Assembly: GCA_964270895.1 (NCBI GenBank)
Contig: OZ185436.1
DNA: 64,000 bases
Strand: one strand, 5' to 3'
Source: Podarcis filfolensis
Taxonomy: Eukaryota
The position numbers were made by a program, and so were the translations under genes. Under the pieces are notes generated by a model. It worked only from the letters and a program-made list of their open reading frames with translations. It was not told the DNA's origin and made no database searches. The number at the start of each line of letters is the position of its first letter. The stretch's first letter is position 1. Below, piece after piece: positions 39,501 to 49,083 of this stretch.

Positions 39501-42500
39501 TTCCAGTGACAGTAATTCACACATACATGAAAGACTTGCCAACTTTTGAGCAATCGTGTGATTTCTCTACTGCTGTGCATGTGTATGTGAGCCTGTAAAG
39601 TTCACAGATAATGCAACAGTGCTACAAGTTATTCAAGTTAGACTTGCTGGTTTAGTGAATGCCTTGGCATCTGAATGAAGTAGAATCAATTCATGATCAT
39701 TGTTAGGATCAACTTCCTTTTGAAGTAAACGGAAGCATGCTCGTTTTTCCTGTGCTTTAGTCAGTGGCGTAGCGTGGGTTGTCAGCACCCGGGGCAAGGC
39801 AAGTAATTTGCACCCCCTAACCCGTGGATTTGCACCCCCTAACCAGTGGATTTGCGCCCCCTAACCCTAACCCCCAGATGCTGCGCCCGGTGCGGCCGGC
39901 CCCCCCTGCACCCCCCACGCTACGCCACTGGCTTTAGTGTGGTGTATCTAAATGGTTTTCTCATTTCCTCCAGGGAAGCCACTGCAGTTGCCAAGGCTAG
40001 GTTGCGTCCTGAAGATCCCGTTCTAAAGGATTTGTACACCAGCTGGGCAGCAGTGCTGGAGAAGGATGGCCATTATTCCATGGCAGCCAAATGGTATTGG
40101 TGCAAGCAACACTTTTCTTACTTTAAATGAGAGCAGTTTTGAACCTAAGAGCCAGGATCTCCTAAATAGTTTGGTTGTTTTGGAGTGCCTTCCTTCCAAC
40201 ATGAGATGATGGAGGGCACAATCATTTAATTGGTGCAGAGTACTGTAGAACTGTGATCCACGGATTTGGGAATGTGACAGCCAGCTCAGTGCTGTTCACT
40301 TCAACCTGATCTTTGCCATTCTCAATGTGATGTGCAGTAATGGCCATGGTGAATATTGAATCACTTCATAGAATCGTAGAGTTGGAAGAGACCACAAGGG
40401 CCATCGAGTCCAACCCCGTGCCAAGCAGGAAACACCATCAGAGCACTCCTGACATATGGTTGTCAAGCCTCTGCTTAAAACCTCCAAAGAAGGAGACTCC
40501 ACCACACTCCTTGGCAGCAAATTCCACTGTCGAACAGCTCTTACTGTCAGGAAGTTCTTCCTAATGTTTAGGTGGAATCTTCTTTCTTGTAGTTTGGATC
40601 CATTGCTCCGTGTCCGCTTCTCTGGAGCAGCAGAAAACAACCTTTCTCCCTCCTCTATGTGACATCCTTTTATATATTTGAACATGGCTATCATATCACC
40701 CCTTAACCTCCTCTTCTCCAGGCTAAACATGCCCAGCTCCCTTAGCCGTTCCTCATAAGGCATCGTTTCCAGGCCTTTGACCATTTTGGTTGCCCTCCTC
40801 TGGACATGTTCCAGTTTGTCAGTGTCCTTCTTGAACTGTGGTGCCCAGAACTGGACACAGTACTCCAGGTGAGGTCTGACCAGAGCAGAATACAGAGGCA
40901 CTATTACTTCCCTTGATCTAGATGCTATACTCCTATTGATGCAGCCCAGAATTGCATTGGCTTTTTTAGCTGCCGCGTCACACTGTTGGCTCATGTCAAG
41001 TTTGTGGTCAACCAAGACTCCTAGATCCTTTTCACATGTACTGCTCTAAAGCCAGCTGTCACCCATCTTGTATTTGTGCCTCTCATTTATTTTGCCCAAG
41101 TGCAATACTTTGCATTTCTCCCTGTTAAAATTCATCTTGTTTGTTTTTGCCCAGTTCTCTAATCTGTCAAGGTCGTTTTGCCCAGAGCCTCGTAGTCTCT
41201 TTTGACTTGGGTGGTTAAGTTGTCTTGAAACAAAGTGTCTGCTGGTGAAATAAGAGTTTCTTTTGTTTATGGTTCCCTTTCAGTTACCTGGGAGCTGCCT
41301 CTCCCTATGATGCAGCCAAAGTGCTGGCTAAAAAGGCTGATACCACCTCCCTTAAAGCTGCTGCCGAGCTGGCTCTGATAGCTGGAGAGAAAGATCTGTC
41401 AACAATGTTCTCCTTCAAATGCGCCCAAGAACTTATGTCTTCCAAGAATTGGGTTGGGGCACAAGATGTCCTCCAGCAGCATGAGAGTTTGTTGGTCAGT
41501 GTGTGTTACTCCTTTTACTGTTGCACCATGGATGACTGGAGTTGTATCACCTGTTCAGTCCTGTGCATATTTGTACAGAGGGAGATACTGGTTAGCTTTG
41601 CAAGCCCAAGTGATCATTCCTACTCAGGGTAAATGTGAAAAAGTGATTTCTTTTTCAAAAAATCTGAATTTTAAAAGTGCTCTTATTAATGTATATTGTG
41701 TCATTTAAAACAATTGGTTTAAATAGTATATCTCTTTGTAATTCAAAGAACTTATTAAACTTTACCATCTTAATTGCTTGGAAACAGAATCCATGACTAC
41801 AAATAGAGTTAAAGCCTTCTTTTTCATGGAAAAGTTATCAATAGCACAACTTATGAGATGAAGTATCTCAAATGTGACAACAAGTTATACAATACAGTCA
41901 ACCATTCAACATGGTAATCTACTTCTTGTTTCAAGTAGAAACACTGTTTTCACAACTATTGGCACTTGCCTCTGAAGTGTTTTTTAGTTTAGACACTTAT
42001 ACTTCATGCAGGTCTGCTTAGTTGTTGTACGTGTATATATACAACTAGAGCCAAACAGAAATCCTGTACAGTCCAAATACATACTTACTAAGGAGTACTC
42101 TTCATTCAATACAGTGGTCTTATTTTTTCCTTATTGTTGTAAAATCAGAATTTCAGTTCCTGCCATAGGAAAATTCTGCTAATAGGAAATACCTTCATTA
42201 TTTAAGTTTCCTAAATATTCCTAACTCTCCCAAGAGACATTTGTATTTGTGATGTGACATCTACCTTTCAGCCATATAACCCCATTGAATACATTGCATC
42301 AAGTTTTATGAGAAACGTTCTGGGTTGCTTTTCCTTTTCTGTCTAAATGAATCGGTCCCTGGGTGCCTTGTTCCTCCTGACTATGGTTTTAATCTATAGG
42401 GACAAAGGCTGGTGTTCTGCGTCAACGAATTGCTCCAAAAGTGCCTTACCGAAAAGAATCTGGTGGAAAACCGAAGCCCATCCCTACCTTGCTACCACAG

Positions 42501-45500
42501 CTGGACAGTGAAGCAAGAATGCTCTTTCGCAGAAATGGTGGCCAATGTGTGGCAGAGCATATTTGGTGTCGATACTGCTGAGCAGTCCAAGGACCTGCTT
42601 GAACAGCTGAGAACTATTGAGTATCCTCCCGCTACTAGCCATAGTCATCCCAGGCAGGTAATTTGTGTGTGGGCTCTGCCTCTGTGGTCTCTCTGAATTG
42701 GAGAGAAGGTTGAGGAAATGTGATCTCACTGGCATGAATACAGTGCAGGATTAATCATAGTTCTTAGCCATGCTTTGCAAAATGGGTCAAGAAGTTAGTT
42801 CTGTAAATCCCCATTTCAATCAATCCATTTTGTTCCTGCTGTATTTAGGAAAAGTACTGGTAGGACGACTTTATGCTTCATGGTGTATGCATTGTGTGCT
42901 TTGAGAGAGAGCTTGCATCAGTTTTCTTGACTTGCGTGTTTTCCATCATTTGGCGTTGTTTGCTAGGCAGGGGCGTCTTGAAGGAGTGAGCCGAGTGAAG
43001 AGACTCTCATCTCCCAAGGACTAGATGTCCCACTGGGCATTCAGCATCCTGTTGAATTAAGTGGGACTTGCTTCTGAGTAGGCAGGCATGGATGTTGCTG
43101 AATACCAGGCTGGTTCTTTGGTTGCCAGCCCCTTAAATTAATGGTGCAAGCCTTCACATACTGTCTACTGTGGACAGGCTTACGTGATAGAAGTTCATGG
43201 GGTAGAGAGACAGCTAGACAGATAGAGCTTCATTTCCTGCTTCAAAACCGTATTTTTTTTGGTAAAAACGGTGCTTTTAAAAACAGCCCCTGTGATCACC
43301 ACAGCTAAAAGCATCAAGCCACTTTCTACAGCAGGGGTGGCTACCTTTTTTTGGTCCACATTGACTGACCCACGGTCAACCAAAGTGTCAAAGTCCACAC
43401 TCTGGAGCTCCCAGATTGCCACCAAATGCAAACTTCACTTGCTAAGGAGCAACTGGGGGCATATTTTAAGGCTCCTTGTTGTTCTTTTGGAGCCTGTTTC
43501 ACACATGACATCACATGACACTGGGTCTGGGGCAGATGGCTATCACTCAGGGGGAGGAACCAACTTGCGGAAACCAGATTAAGACCTCTGGTGGCCCTGA
43601 TTTGGCCCATAGGCCAGAAGTTCCCCATGTCGGATCTTCAGAAACCTTTTTTGTTTTCACGGTCCCTCCCACCCCACCCCCCTCTCTCACTAGGTTTTGT
43701 TCCATATTTCTCATGATCTCACACTGGCAATTCTGAGCCATCAGACAGCTTCCTGGGAGGAGACAGTGAAAGCCACTCTTGCAGCTGTGACCCGTAGCTA
43801 CGATGCTGGAAACTTCAGACTTATGCAAGAAATCTGCAACCTCCTCCTTCCTACAGGTATAAAAACTCATCCCACATTTAGGTCAGTTTTTATATAAATC
43901 CATTGGAACAGATCAAGACTTCGAGCCCCCCAACTTACAAAGTTCCTATCCAAGGATGGTATTCTGGTAACTTTCCTATAAGAATTTTGCTTTCTTGGAT
44001 CCCGTCATTGGCACCTCTGGCTTCCCTTTTATTCGTTGAAAGGGCATAGTTCAGTTTGTCACTTAAGCAATATTGAGCAGAGGCTGCATTTGCATGTAAT
44101 GGGACGCCAAGGTTCTTGGGTTAAGAAACCGTACTCTGCATGCAACCATGTTCCTCCAGCTTTGATGCACATTGATAAGCAAACCAGGAAAAGGGATAGC
44201 TGTGTTGCATCAGAAGCTAGGACCATGAGTTTGTATCCATCTCAATCATTGCATACACAGAACACCTACTGTTGGGGCATCGGTACTTCCCCTGTGAGGG
44301 CACATGGAGGAGGAGAGGGAAGGAAATTTTCATCATGCTCACATAATGATTTAGTTGGATACAACCCATGACTTTTTGCCCTGGTACACCACAATCCATA
44401 AGCTTAGCAGAGAATTAAGCAGTTGTACTGAACTGTTGAAAGGGAGAGGACTGCTTACGTCCTCCTTGTTCTATATAGTATGCAGATAATCAGTGCAGTG
44501 TTCTGGAGAAGTTCTGTTGTGTAAACCAACGCATTGTTTTAAAAAATAACTAACATTCCACTCTGTATCTGACCCTGATTAGGCTGGCATAGTGAGACAT
44601 CTACAAGGCCACTTCCAATGACACTTCTTGTATTTCATTTCCACCAGTCAAAAGGGAACTGGCCTCTGCTTAGTGACGGGGATGTCTTCTGTGTTCTACT
44701 TCTTTTGGATACTACTAAGTTGGAGCTTTGTCACAGATGAAAAACTGGGAGGGTATCTAGGAGGAGGAAGTGCTACATTAAATCACCAGTTATGTAGTCC
44801 CTCCTGAGTGAATCAGGGCAAGCAGCCCATCACATGGCTGCCTTCCTCACTGTGCCAGCCTAGAAGGTATGGTAAGTGAACCCATGTTCCTTTCCAACTG
44901 TGCATATATTATGTTTTGACAGGTTGCGCTCATCTAAGAGAGAAGCTGGACAGCACAGATTTGCAAAGTATGGCAGCCTGCAAAAGCCTGGAGGCATTTG
45001 TAGCTTATGGGCAACTATACGATCTCTGGTGGAACCCGGAACCTGTGGATTTGCGTGTCGTGGAACAACCAGGGCTGACCTCTGAGGCTTGCACTTTTGA
45101 GCTGTCCACTCCTGGCCAGAGTAACAGCGAAAGAGTCTCTTTGCCTGAAGAAACTGAAGTTGAAGATCCGCTTTCAAGCGGGCAAAACAATTGCACACAC
45201 TCAGAAACTGATTCAGTAGCCAGCTCAAGCCTATTAGTGGAAAGACAAGCAAAACTGAGGGGCTGCAGAGTTCTCCTTTCAGAAGAATATGCTGCAATCC
45301 AAAGTACAAAGAGAGAGATCTCTAGAATTCAGCAGACTTTGGCAGACATGATCAACCAACATCAGAAAAACAACCTCCACCAAAGTGCCACCAACAGCCA
45401 AGATTTAGCGGAATCCCCGGCAAGCCAGAGTCAGACGTAAGTGGTACATTTTAGTGATGATGGTAGTGCTCAAAGCTGGCTGTGGAATCCCATTGAACTA

Positions 45501-46982
45501 GGCCCCAATTCATAAATTTATGTTGTGTGATAGTTGTAAAAAAAACCACGCAAACCCTCAGACCTTCTAATGGTGTGGTTGGGATTACTAGATGAGAGAA
45601 GTTCTGTTGTACTTGCAGAAGTTGTTCCATGTTTGTATTGATTTAGTTGGGTATGACACATGGAAAAGGTGTTAATAGTCTCTCCACTCAGTGTGAGCTT
45701 TTCAGGGGAGACCTTGGCTGTGAATATTTGATACACTAACCCTGAGAGAAACCTTTGACACACTTCACAAAAAACTGATCTGATTTTTTTGCTTCAGACA
45801 AGTTGCTGCATTGCTTCTATAGTGGTATTTATTACACGGAAGTCAGTTTCATAATGTTTAATGACACAAAGTTATCAAGCCTTACAATCACACTTAAATA
45901 TTCCCAACCTGCCACTCACTTTAACTTAGAAATTAAACTTTTTTTGTATTTTTGAAAATGTGATCTCTTAAAACTTCTTTACAGTAAGGAACAAGTGAAT
46001 GAACCAGTTTCTCTGCTAGATTTGACAAAACAACTAACAGAAGCAAATCAGAAACTGGCAGAGTTCCCAGATAGTATAAAGGTAAGTCTGACTTTAACAT
46101 GGAGCAAAATCCTTGTTTCCCTGCTTTACTTAGCTTGTAGGAAACCCAGCCAGATGGGCAGGGTATAAATAATAAATTATTATTGTTATAACTTGACAGA
46201 AGGAAATCAAGAGATTAGGGTCTCCTTGAAGACATGTTTGAAGATGCTTGTTTTGTTGTAGCAGTAGGTGGCTAACCTGTGGCCCTACAGATGTTAAGAT
46301 TCAATTTCAACAGGGAGAATGGGAGTTGTAGTCCAGCAACAGCTGAAGGGCAAAATCCTGGTTTTTACAAGATCAGTGTGGTTTAAAAATCTGCATAGCA
46401 CTTGTTTCAAGCTACCCTTTCAATGATGTCAATGACTGGTTGGCAAACAGCTGACTTGTACAGCTTCAAGTTGGAAAAGTGAATGAATTCTAAAATATGT
46501 GACCCCAGAATATACATGTGTGATAACCTATGAGCAAGCGAGTTATGTTCACCTGAAATATGCAGCAGTCATCACTGAAGATACCCATGCAGCTGAAAAG
46601 CTGCTTACTGCAGCAGCACAGTGTAGCTTTAAAATATTGTGCTCTTTGGAATAGCACTAAATCTGGCAGTCGTTATATTGATCGTATAATGCAGCTGGGA
46701 AATGTGGTAAGATATATCACCTCAGCTTGGAGTTATACATAGGAGTTTCCAGTGTGTAAAAAAAATTCTTTTTTCCAGGTTTCTCCCTTCCCCGACGTAC
46801 TTGAGTGCTGTCTTGTTGTGCTTCACATGAGTGTCCAGCACCATGAAGTAGTTCCAGAATTACAGGAGAAGTCATTAGAACTACTTAGAAAATACAAAGG
46901 AACTCACATTTGTAAGGACGAAATATGTCTCATTCTAGAATGGATGAACAAGATACTTCTACATAGTCATGCCGGACCGTGA
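21344..46982 (+). CDS. GEMIN5: Gem-associated protein 5 (WD40/TPR SMN-complex RNA-binding protein), complete spliced CDS, 28 exons, 1522 aa
   Basis: Join of the 28 exons listed separately = 4569 nt. All introns are GT-AG and phases are consistent. Motifs [78 protein letters not shown] and [11 protein letters not shown] match GEMIN5. Confidence 0.96.
22272..22426 (+). CDS. GEMIN5: GEMIN5 exon 2
   Basis: [15 protein letters not shown]...[11 protein letters not shown]...LHQ. Confidence 0.96.
22603..22784 (+). CDS. GEMIN5: GEMIN5 exon 3
   Basis: [23 protein letters not shown]...LVAIG. Confidence 0.96.
23140..23300 (+). mobile_element. 5'-truncated RTE-BovB 3' end with fold-back inversion
   Basis: gagtctgaccaaactgcgggaggcggtggaagacaggagtgcctggcgtgctctggtccatggagtcacgaagagtcggacacgactaaacgactaaac(aac)n. 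Confidence 0.85.
24495..24646 (+). CDS. GEMIN5: GEMIN5 exon 4
   Basis: [35 protein letters not shown]. Confidence 0.96.
24806..24919 (+). CDS. GEMIN5: GEMIN5 exon 5
   Basis: ...[26 protein letters not shown]. The acceptor is weak (ttggaag|aag), so the start could be 24809. Confidence 0.85.
25558..25690 (+). CDS. GEMIN5: GEMIN5 exon 6
   Basis: [15 protein letters not shown]...[11 protein letters not shown]. Confidence 0.96.
25954..26116 (+). CDS. GEMIN5: GEMIN5 exon 7
   Basis: [10 protein letters not shown]...[14 protein letters not shown]...SMDRD. Confidence 0.96.
26266..26507. mobile_element. Tigger-like MITE
   Basis: TA|CAGTGGTACC...GGTACCACTG|TA. Confidence 0.9.
27112..27324 (+). CDS. 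GEMIN5: GEMIN5 exon 8
   Basis: [21 protein letters not shown]...[10 protein letters not shown]. Confidence 0.96.
27665..27750 (+). CDS. GEMIN5: GEMIN5 exon 9
   Basis: [28 protein letters not shown]. Confidence 0.96.
28377..28459 (+). CDS. GEMIN5: GEMIN5 exon 10
   Basis: [22 protein letters not shown]. Confidence 0.96.
28565..28827 (+). mobile_element. CR1 LINE 3' fragment
   Basis: gactctccttccttggaggtttttaagcaaaggttggatggcc...gttggactagatgaccc; same family as the 40.4-kb copy. Confidence 0.8.
29159..29295 (+). CDS. GEMIN5: GEMIN5 exon 11
   Basis: [27 protein letters not shown]...[12 protein letters not shown]. Confidence 0.96.
30103..30365 (+). mobile_element. Older CR1 LINE 3' fragment
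   Basis: ttggatgactttaaaagagaattaaacaaattcatgg...ggtcactgtgagaagaagatgctggactagatggg..tgatccagcaggctct. Confidence 0.65.
31613..33028 (+). mobile_element. 5'-truncated, frameshifted L2 LINE with reverse-transcriptase remnants
   Basis: RT motifs across shifted frames ([60 protein letters not shown]); ends in (TAA)n. Confidence 0.92.
33121..33194 (+). CDS. GEMIN5: GEMIN5 exon 12
   Basis: [25 protein letters not shown]. Confidence 0.96.
33499..33680 (+). CDS. GEMIN5: GEMIN5 exon 13
   Basis: [24 protein letters not shown]...[13 protein letters not shown]. Confidence 0.96.
34309..34444. mobile_element. hAT MITE, intact with perfect 8-bp TSD
   Basis: TIR CAGGCATAGGCAAACT / AGTTTGCCTATGTCTG, TSD GCTTTGAC on both sides. 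Confidence 0.92.
34814..34953 (+). CDS. GEMIN5: GEMIN5 exon 14
   Basis: [41 protein letters not shown]. Confidence 0.96.
35647..35818 (+). CDS. GEMIN5: GEMIN5 exon 15
   Basis: [27 protein letters not shown]...[10 protein letters not shown]...HSRPPQ. Confidence 0.96.
36149..36376 (+). CDS. GEMIN5: GEMIN5 exon 16
   Basis: [10 protein letters not shown]...KAKKKKKP...[10 protein letters not shown]. Confidence 0.93.
36918..37025 (+). CDS. GEMIN5: GEMIN5 exon 17 (divergent linker)
   Basis: [36 protein letters not shown]. 108 nt, phase 1-1, tgtag|...|gtaggt; the position matches the poorly conserved linker exon. Confidence 0.75.
37409..37537 (+). CDS. GEMIN5: GEMIN5 exon 18
   Basis: [27 protein letters not shown]. 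Confidence 0.95.
37983..38078 (+). CDS. GEMIN5: GEMIN5 exon 19
   Basis: [18 protein letters not shown]. Confidence 0.96.
38481..38618 (+). CDS. GEMIN5: GEMIN5 exon 20
   Basis: [23 protein letters not shown]...AAERGELTD. Confidence 0.96.
38893..39040 (+). CDS. GEMIN5: GEMIN5 exon 21
   Basis: [40 protein letters not shown]. Confidence 0.96.
39762..39930. mobile_element. hAT MITE, intact with perfect 8-bp TSD
   Basis: TIR CAGTGGCGTAGCGTGG / CCACGCTACGCCACTG, TSD GCTTTAGT on both sides. Confidence 0.92.
39974..40093 (+). CDS. GEMIN5: GEMIN5 exon 22
   Basis: [24 protein letters not shown]...DGHYSMAAK. Confidence 0.96.
40366..41180 (-). mobile_element. Young 5'-truncated CR1 LINE (ORF2 C-terminus)
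   Basis: The ORF at 40296-41015 gives [54 protein letters not shown], the classic CR1 ORF2 end; CR1 tail ttccaactctacgattctatga. Confidence 0.95.
41284..41494 (+). CDS. GEMIN5: GEMIN5 exon 23
   Basis: [17 protein letters not shown]...[16 protein letters not shown]. Confidence 0.96.
42400..42657 (+). CDS. GEMIN5: GEMIN5 exon 24
   Basis: [12 protein letters not shown]...VWQSIF...IEYPPAT. Confidence 0.94.
43333..43630. mobile_element. Degenerate hAT-type non-autonomous element
   Basis: CAGGGGTGG start and ggccctgatttggcccataggccagaagttcccc end. Confidence 0.45.
43694..43856 (+). CDS. GEMIN5: GEMIN5 exon 25
   Basis: [29 protein letters not shown]. Confidence 0.95.
44923..45436 (+). CDS. GEMIN5: GEMIN5 exon 26
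   Basis: [26 protein letters not shown]...[13 protein letters not shown]. Confidence 0.95.
45985..46081 (+). CDS. GEMIN5: GEMIN5 exon 27
   Basis: [28 protein letters not shown]. Confidence 0.95.
46779..46982 (+). CDS. GEMIN5: GEMIN5 exon 28 (last coding)
   Basis: [16 protein letters not shown]...ELLRKYK...HSHAGP*. Confidence 0.93.
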   Translation, partial: VSPFPDVLECCLVVLHMSVQHHEVVPELQEKSLELLRKYKGTHICKDEICLILEWMNKILLHSHAGP

Positions 46983-47164
46983 AAGCTTTCTGAAATAATG
47001 TGCAGAAAGAAAACCCAACCTACCAGAAGTAGGTTTTTTCTATTTTTTTTCTAGTGCTGTCAACTTATTTTCTATTTTGAGGCAATACTCTGTGGAAGGA
47101 TTCTCTAATGTACATTCTGTAACGTACATAGTTTCTATGAACTTTCTGTGCACGACAATTGACC

Positions 47165-47170
47165 AATAAA
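47165..47170 (+). terminator. GEMIN5 polyadenylation signal AATAAA
   Basis: First AATAAA about 180 nt after the stop, followed by a T-rich tract; a second AATAAA lies at 47378-47383. Confidence 0.65.
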
Positions 47171-47497
47171 TAGTATATGTTCTAAAAATGAAATTTATTT
47201 TTTCATAACTGCTTTCATAAGCAAATTTTGCAAAGATTTGAGGATGGATGCTGCCTACTGCACGAAGGGACCTGCAAGGGCACCTTTAAAAAATGCTAGT
47301 ATGGATGATACAAAGCACAGTTGACCGCTCATCATTGCAACCTTGTGAAGGTATCTTACACCAAAAGTAGGATGGGGAATAAAGAAAAAAACCGTGCATG
47401 GATGGTGCTAATTATAGTATGCGTATCAATTAATCTTGAGTATAAGGTAAGGCAAGATATTCTAGACCTCCCCTCAGTATACCATTTTCTGTAAGTA

Positions 47498-47682
47498 CAG
47501 TGGTACCTTGGTTCTCGAACTCAATCCATTATGGAAGTCTCTTCGACTTCCAAAACATTCACAAACCAGGGCGCGGCTGACTGGCCCCGGAAACAATGCC
47601 GACAGCCAAAATGGATGTTTGGCTTCCAAAAAATGTTTGCAAACCGGAACACTTCTGGGTTTGTGGCATTCAGGTACCACTG
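47498..47682. mobile_element. Tigger-like MITE between the GEMIN5 and CNOT8 poly(A) sites
   Basis: TA|CAGTGGTACCTTG...CAGGTACCACTG|TA. Confidence 0.85.
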
Positions 47683-47980
47683 TACATTATATTTGCCACA
47701 AGTCTTAGGAGATCTAAGGAGACAGAAGCCACTAGCTGAGGGTGGGGTGAAAAACAGCAGCCTTTTAAAACCCCCAAAGATCCCAAAAACTCGCTTGATA
47801 TCACTCATTGGCTAAAACTACTGAAAGGCGGGGGGCTAGCTTATCTCACAGAAATCAGTTGGCGGATTAAGGCATGCTGCCAGCTTTGCTTTGTAGCTTT
47901 TGATCCAGGAGACCTTTTTAAAACACAATTTCAAAAGAAGTGTGGAAAAAGTCAGAAAGTCTCATGCCTTAAGAAAATTC

Positions 47981-47986
47981 TTTATT
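47981..47986 (-). terminator. CNOT8 polyadenylation signal AATAAA
   Basis: tttatt on the plus strand, about 950 nt downstream of the CNOT8 stop. Confidence 0.6.
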
Positions 47987-48933
47987 TTACAAAATTAAGA
48001 ACCAATCATATATACATGAGCATTTAACTGCAACCAGTGAATACTTTTACATAATGGGGAGTTATTAAGCTTGTTAAAAATACCACACTATCAGGATTTT
48101 TTCTCTCCCTCAAACAGATTTTGGTTTTCAAGATTGTATGAAATTTGCTATTAAATGCACTTTTAGTCTGTAACCATTTAACAATTTTGGGTTGCTCTTT
48201 AAAGTACTATAAAAGGGACATCTAAAAGCTGAACTAGCCTTCATTGGTAGGTACGTGTGATTTTATCCATTTACTCAACAACTTGGTAGAAGGGTAACTT
48301 GGAATTAATTTTCGGTCCACATTGTTAGTGTAGTCTCAATCATGCAGGCAGTTTTGATTCTATGGTAGTTAAGATGAAGCATACTGCTATATGACACACG
48401 GCCCGGCAATCTAAAAGGAGAAGCTAGCTATAATACAAGCCAGCACAACCCTTACGGCTGCTACTAAGATGTAAGCATCTCATGCATTATGTCTCCACCA
48501 CCAGGGCTGAATGGATCACTTTCACAGAATTACTTACACAAAAGATAAAAGCTAGCAGAGGGCTTAGGAACACATCACCCTCACAGAGAGCAAAAAAAGG
48601 TTTAAAATAAGCTTTCAAAAGCTAAATCTGCAAGTGCATGAGAGAACTGCAGCACTGCTGAAAGTTCTGAAATGACCTGCGCCTTGCAAATTCAGCAAGT
48701 TTTAAAAGAAAACAGAGGTATATACACTGTAGTTTGTATCTGTTTTTACTTATGAGCATGACACTCTACCAGCCATTATGAAACTGCTGATTAGAATCAG
48801 CCAAGATTCATAGCAAAGATGCCTTTTGCCCTCTGTAAAAACGCTAGTTCTTCTGCCATGTGTTTGAGATGTAACACTTTAAAGGAGGAAGCTTGCCCCA
48901 TGGACCCATGTTCTGTTGAACAGCATTCTGTTG

Positions 48934-49083
48934 TCACTGCTGCAAATTGTTGATAATAGCCAGAATACTCATTTTCTCTTGAGCTGCTTCTACATCTTCA
49001 CTCTGTTTCTGAGCCACTCCCGTACCAAGGCCATAGAGTCTCCCACAGTACTTTGCATCATCAATTGTGTCCTCAAAGAACAA
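48934..49083 (-). CDS. CNOT8: CNOT8 last coding exon
   Basis: [49 protein letters not shown]. Confidence 0.97.
   Translation of the reverse strand: MFFEDTIDDAKYCGRLYGLGTGVAQKQSEDVEAAQEKMSILAIINNLQQ

Noticed and set aside
40296-41015. 239-aa ORF, the longest in the track
   Set aside because: It is the CR1 ORF2 C-terminus of a truncated LINE, not a host gene.
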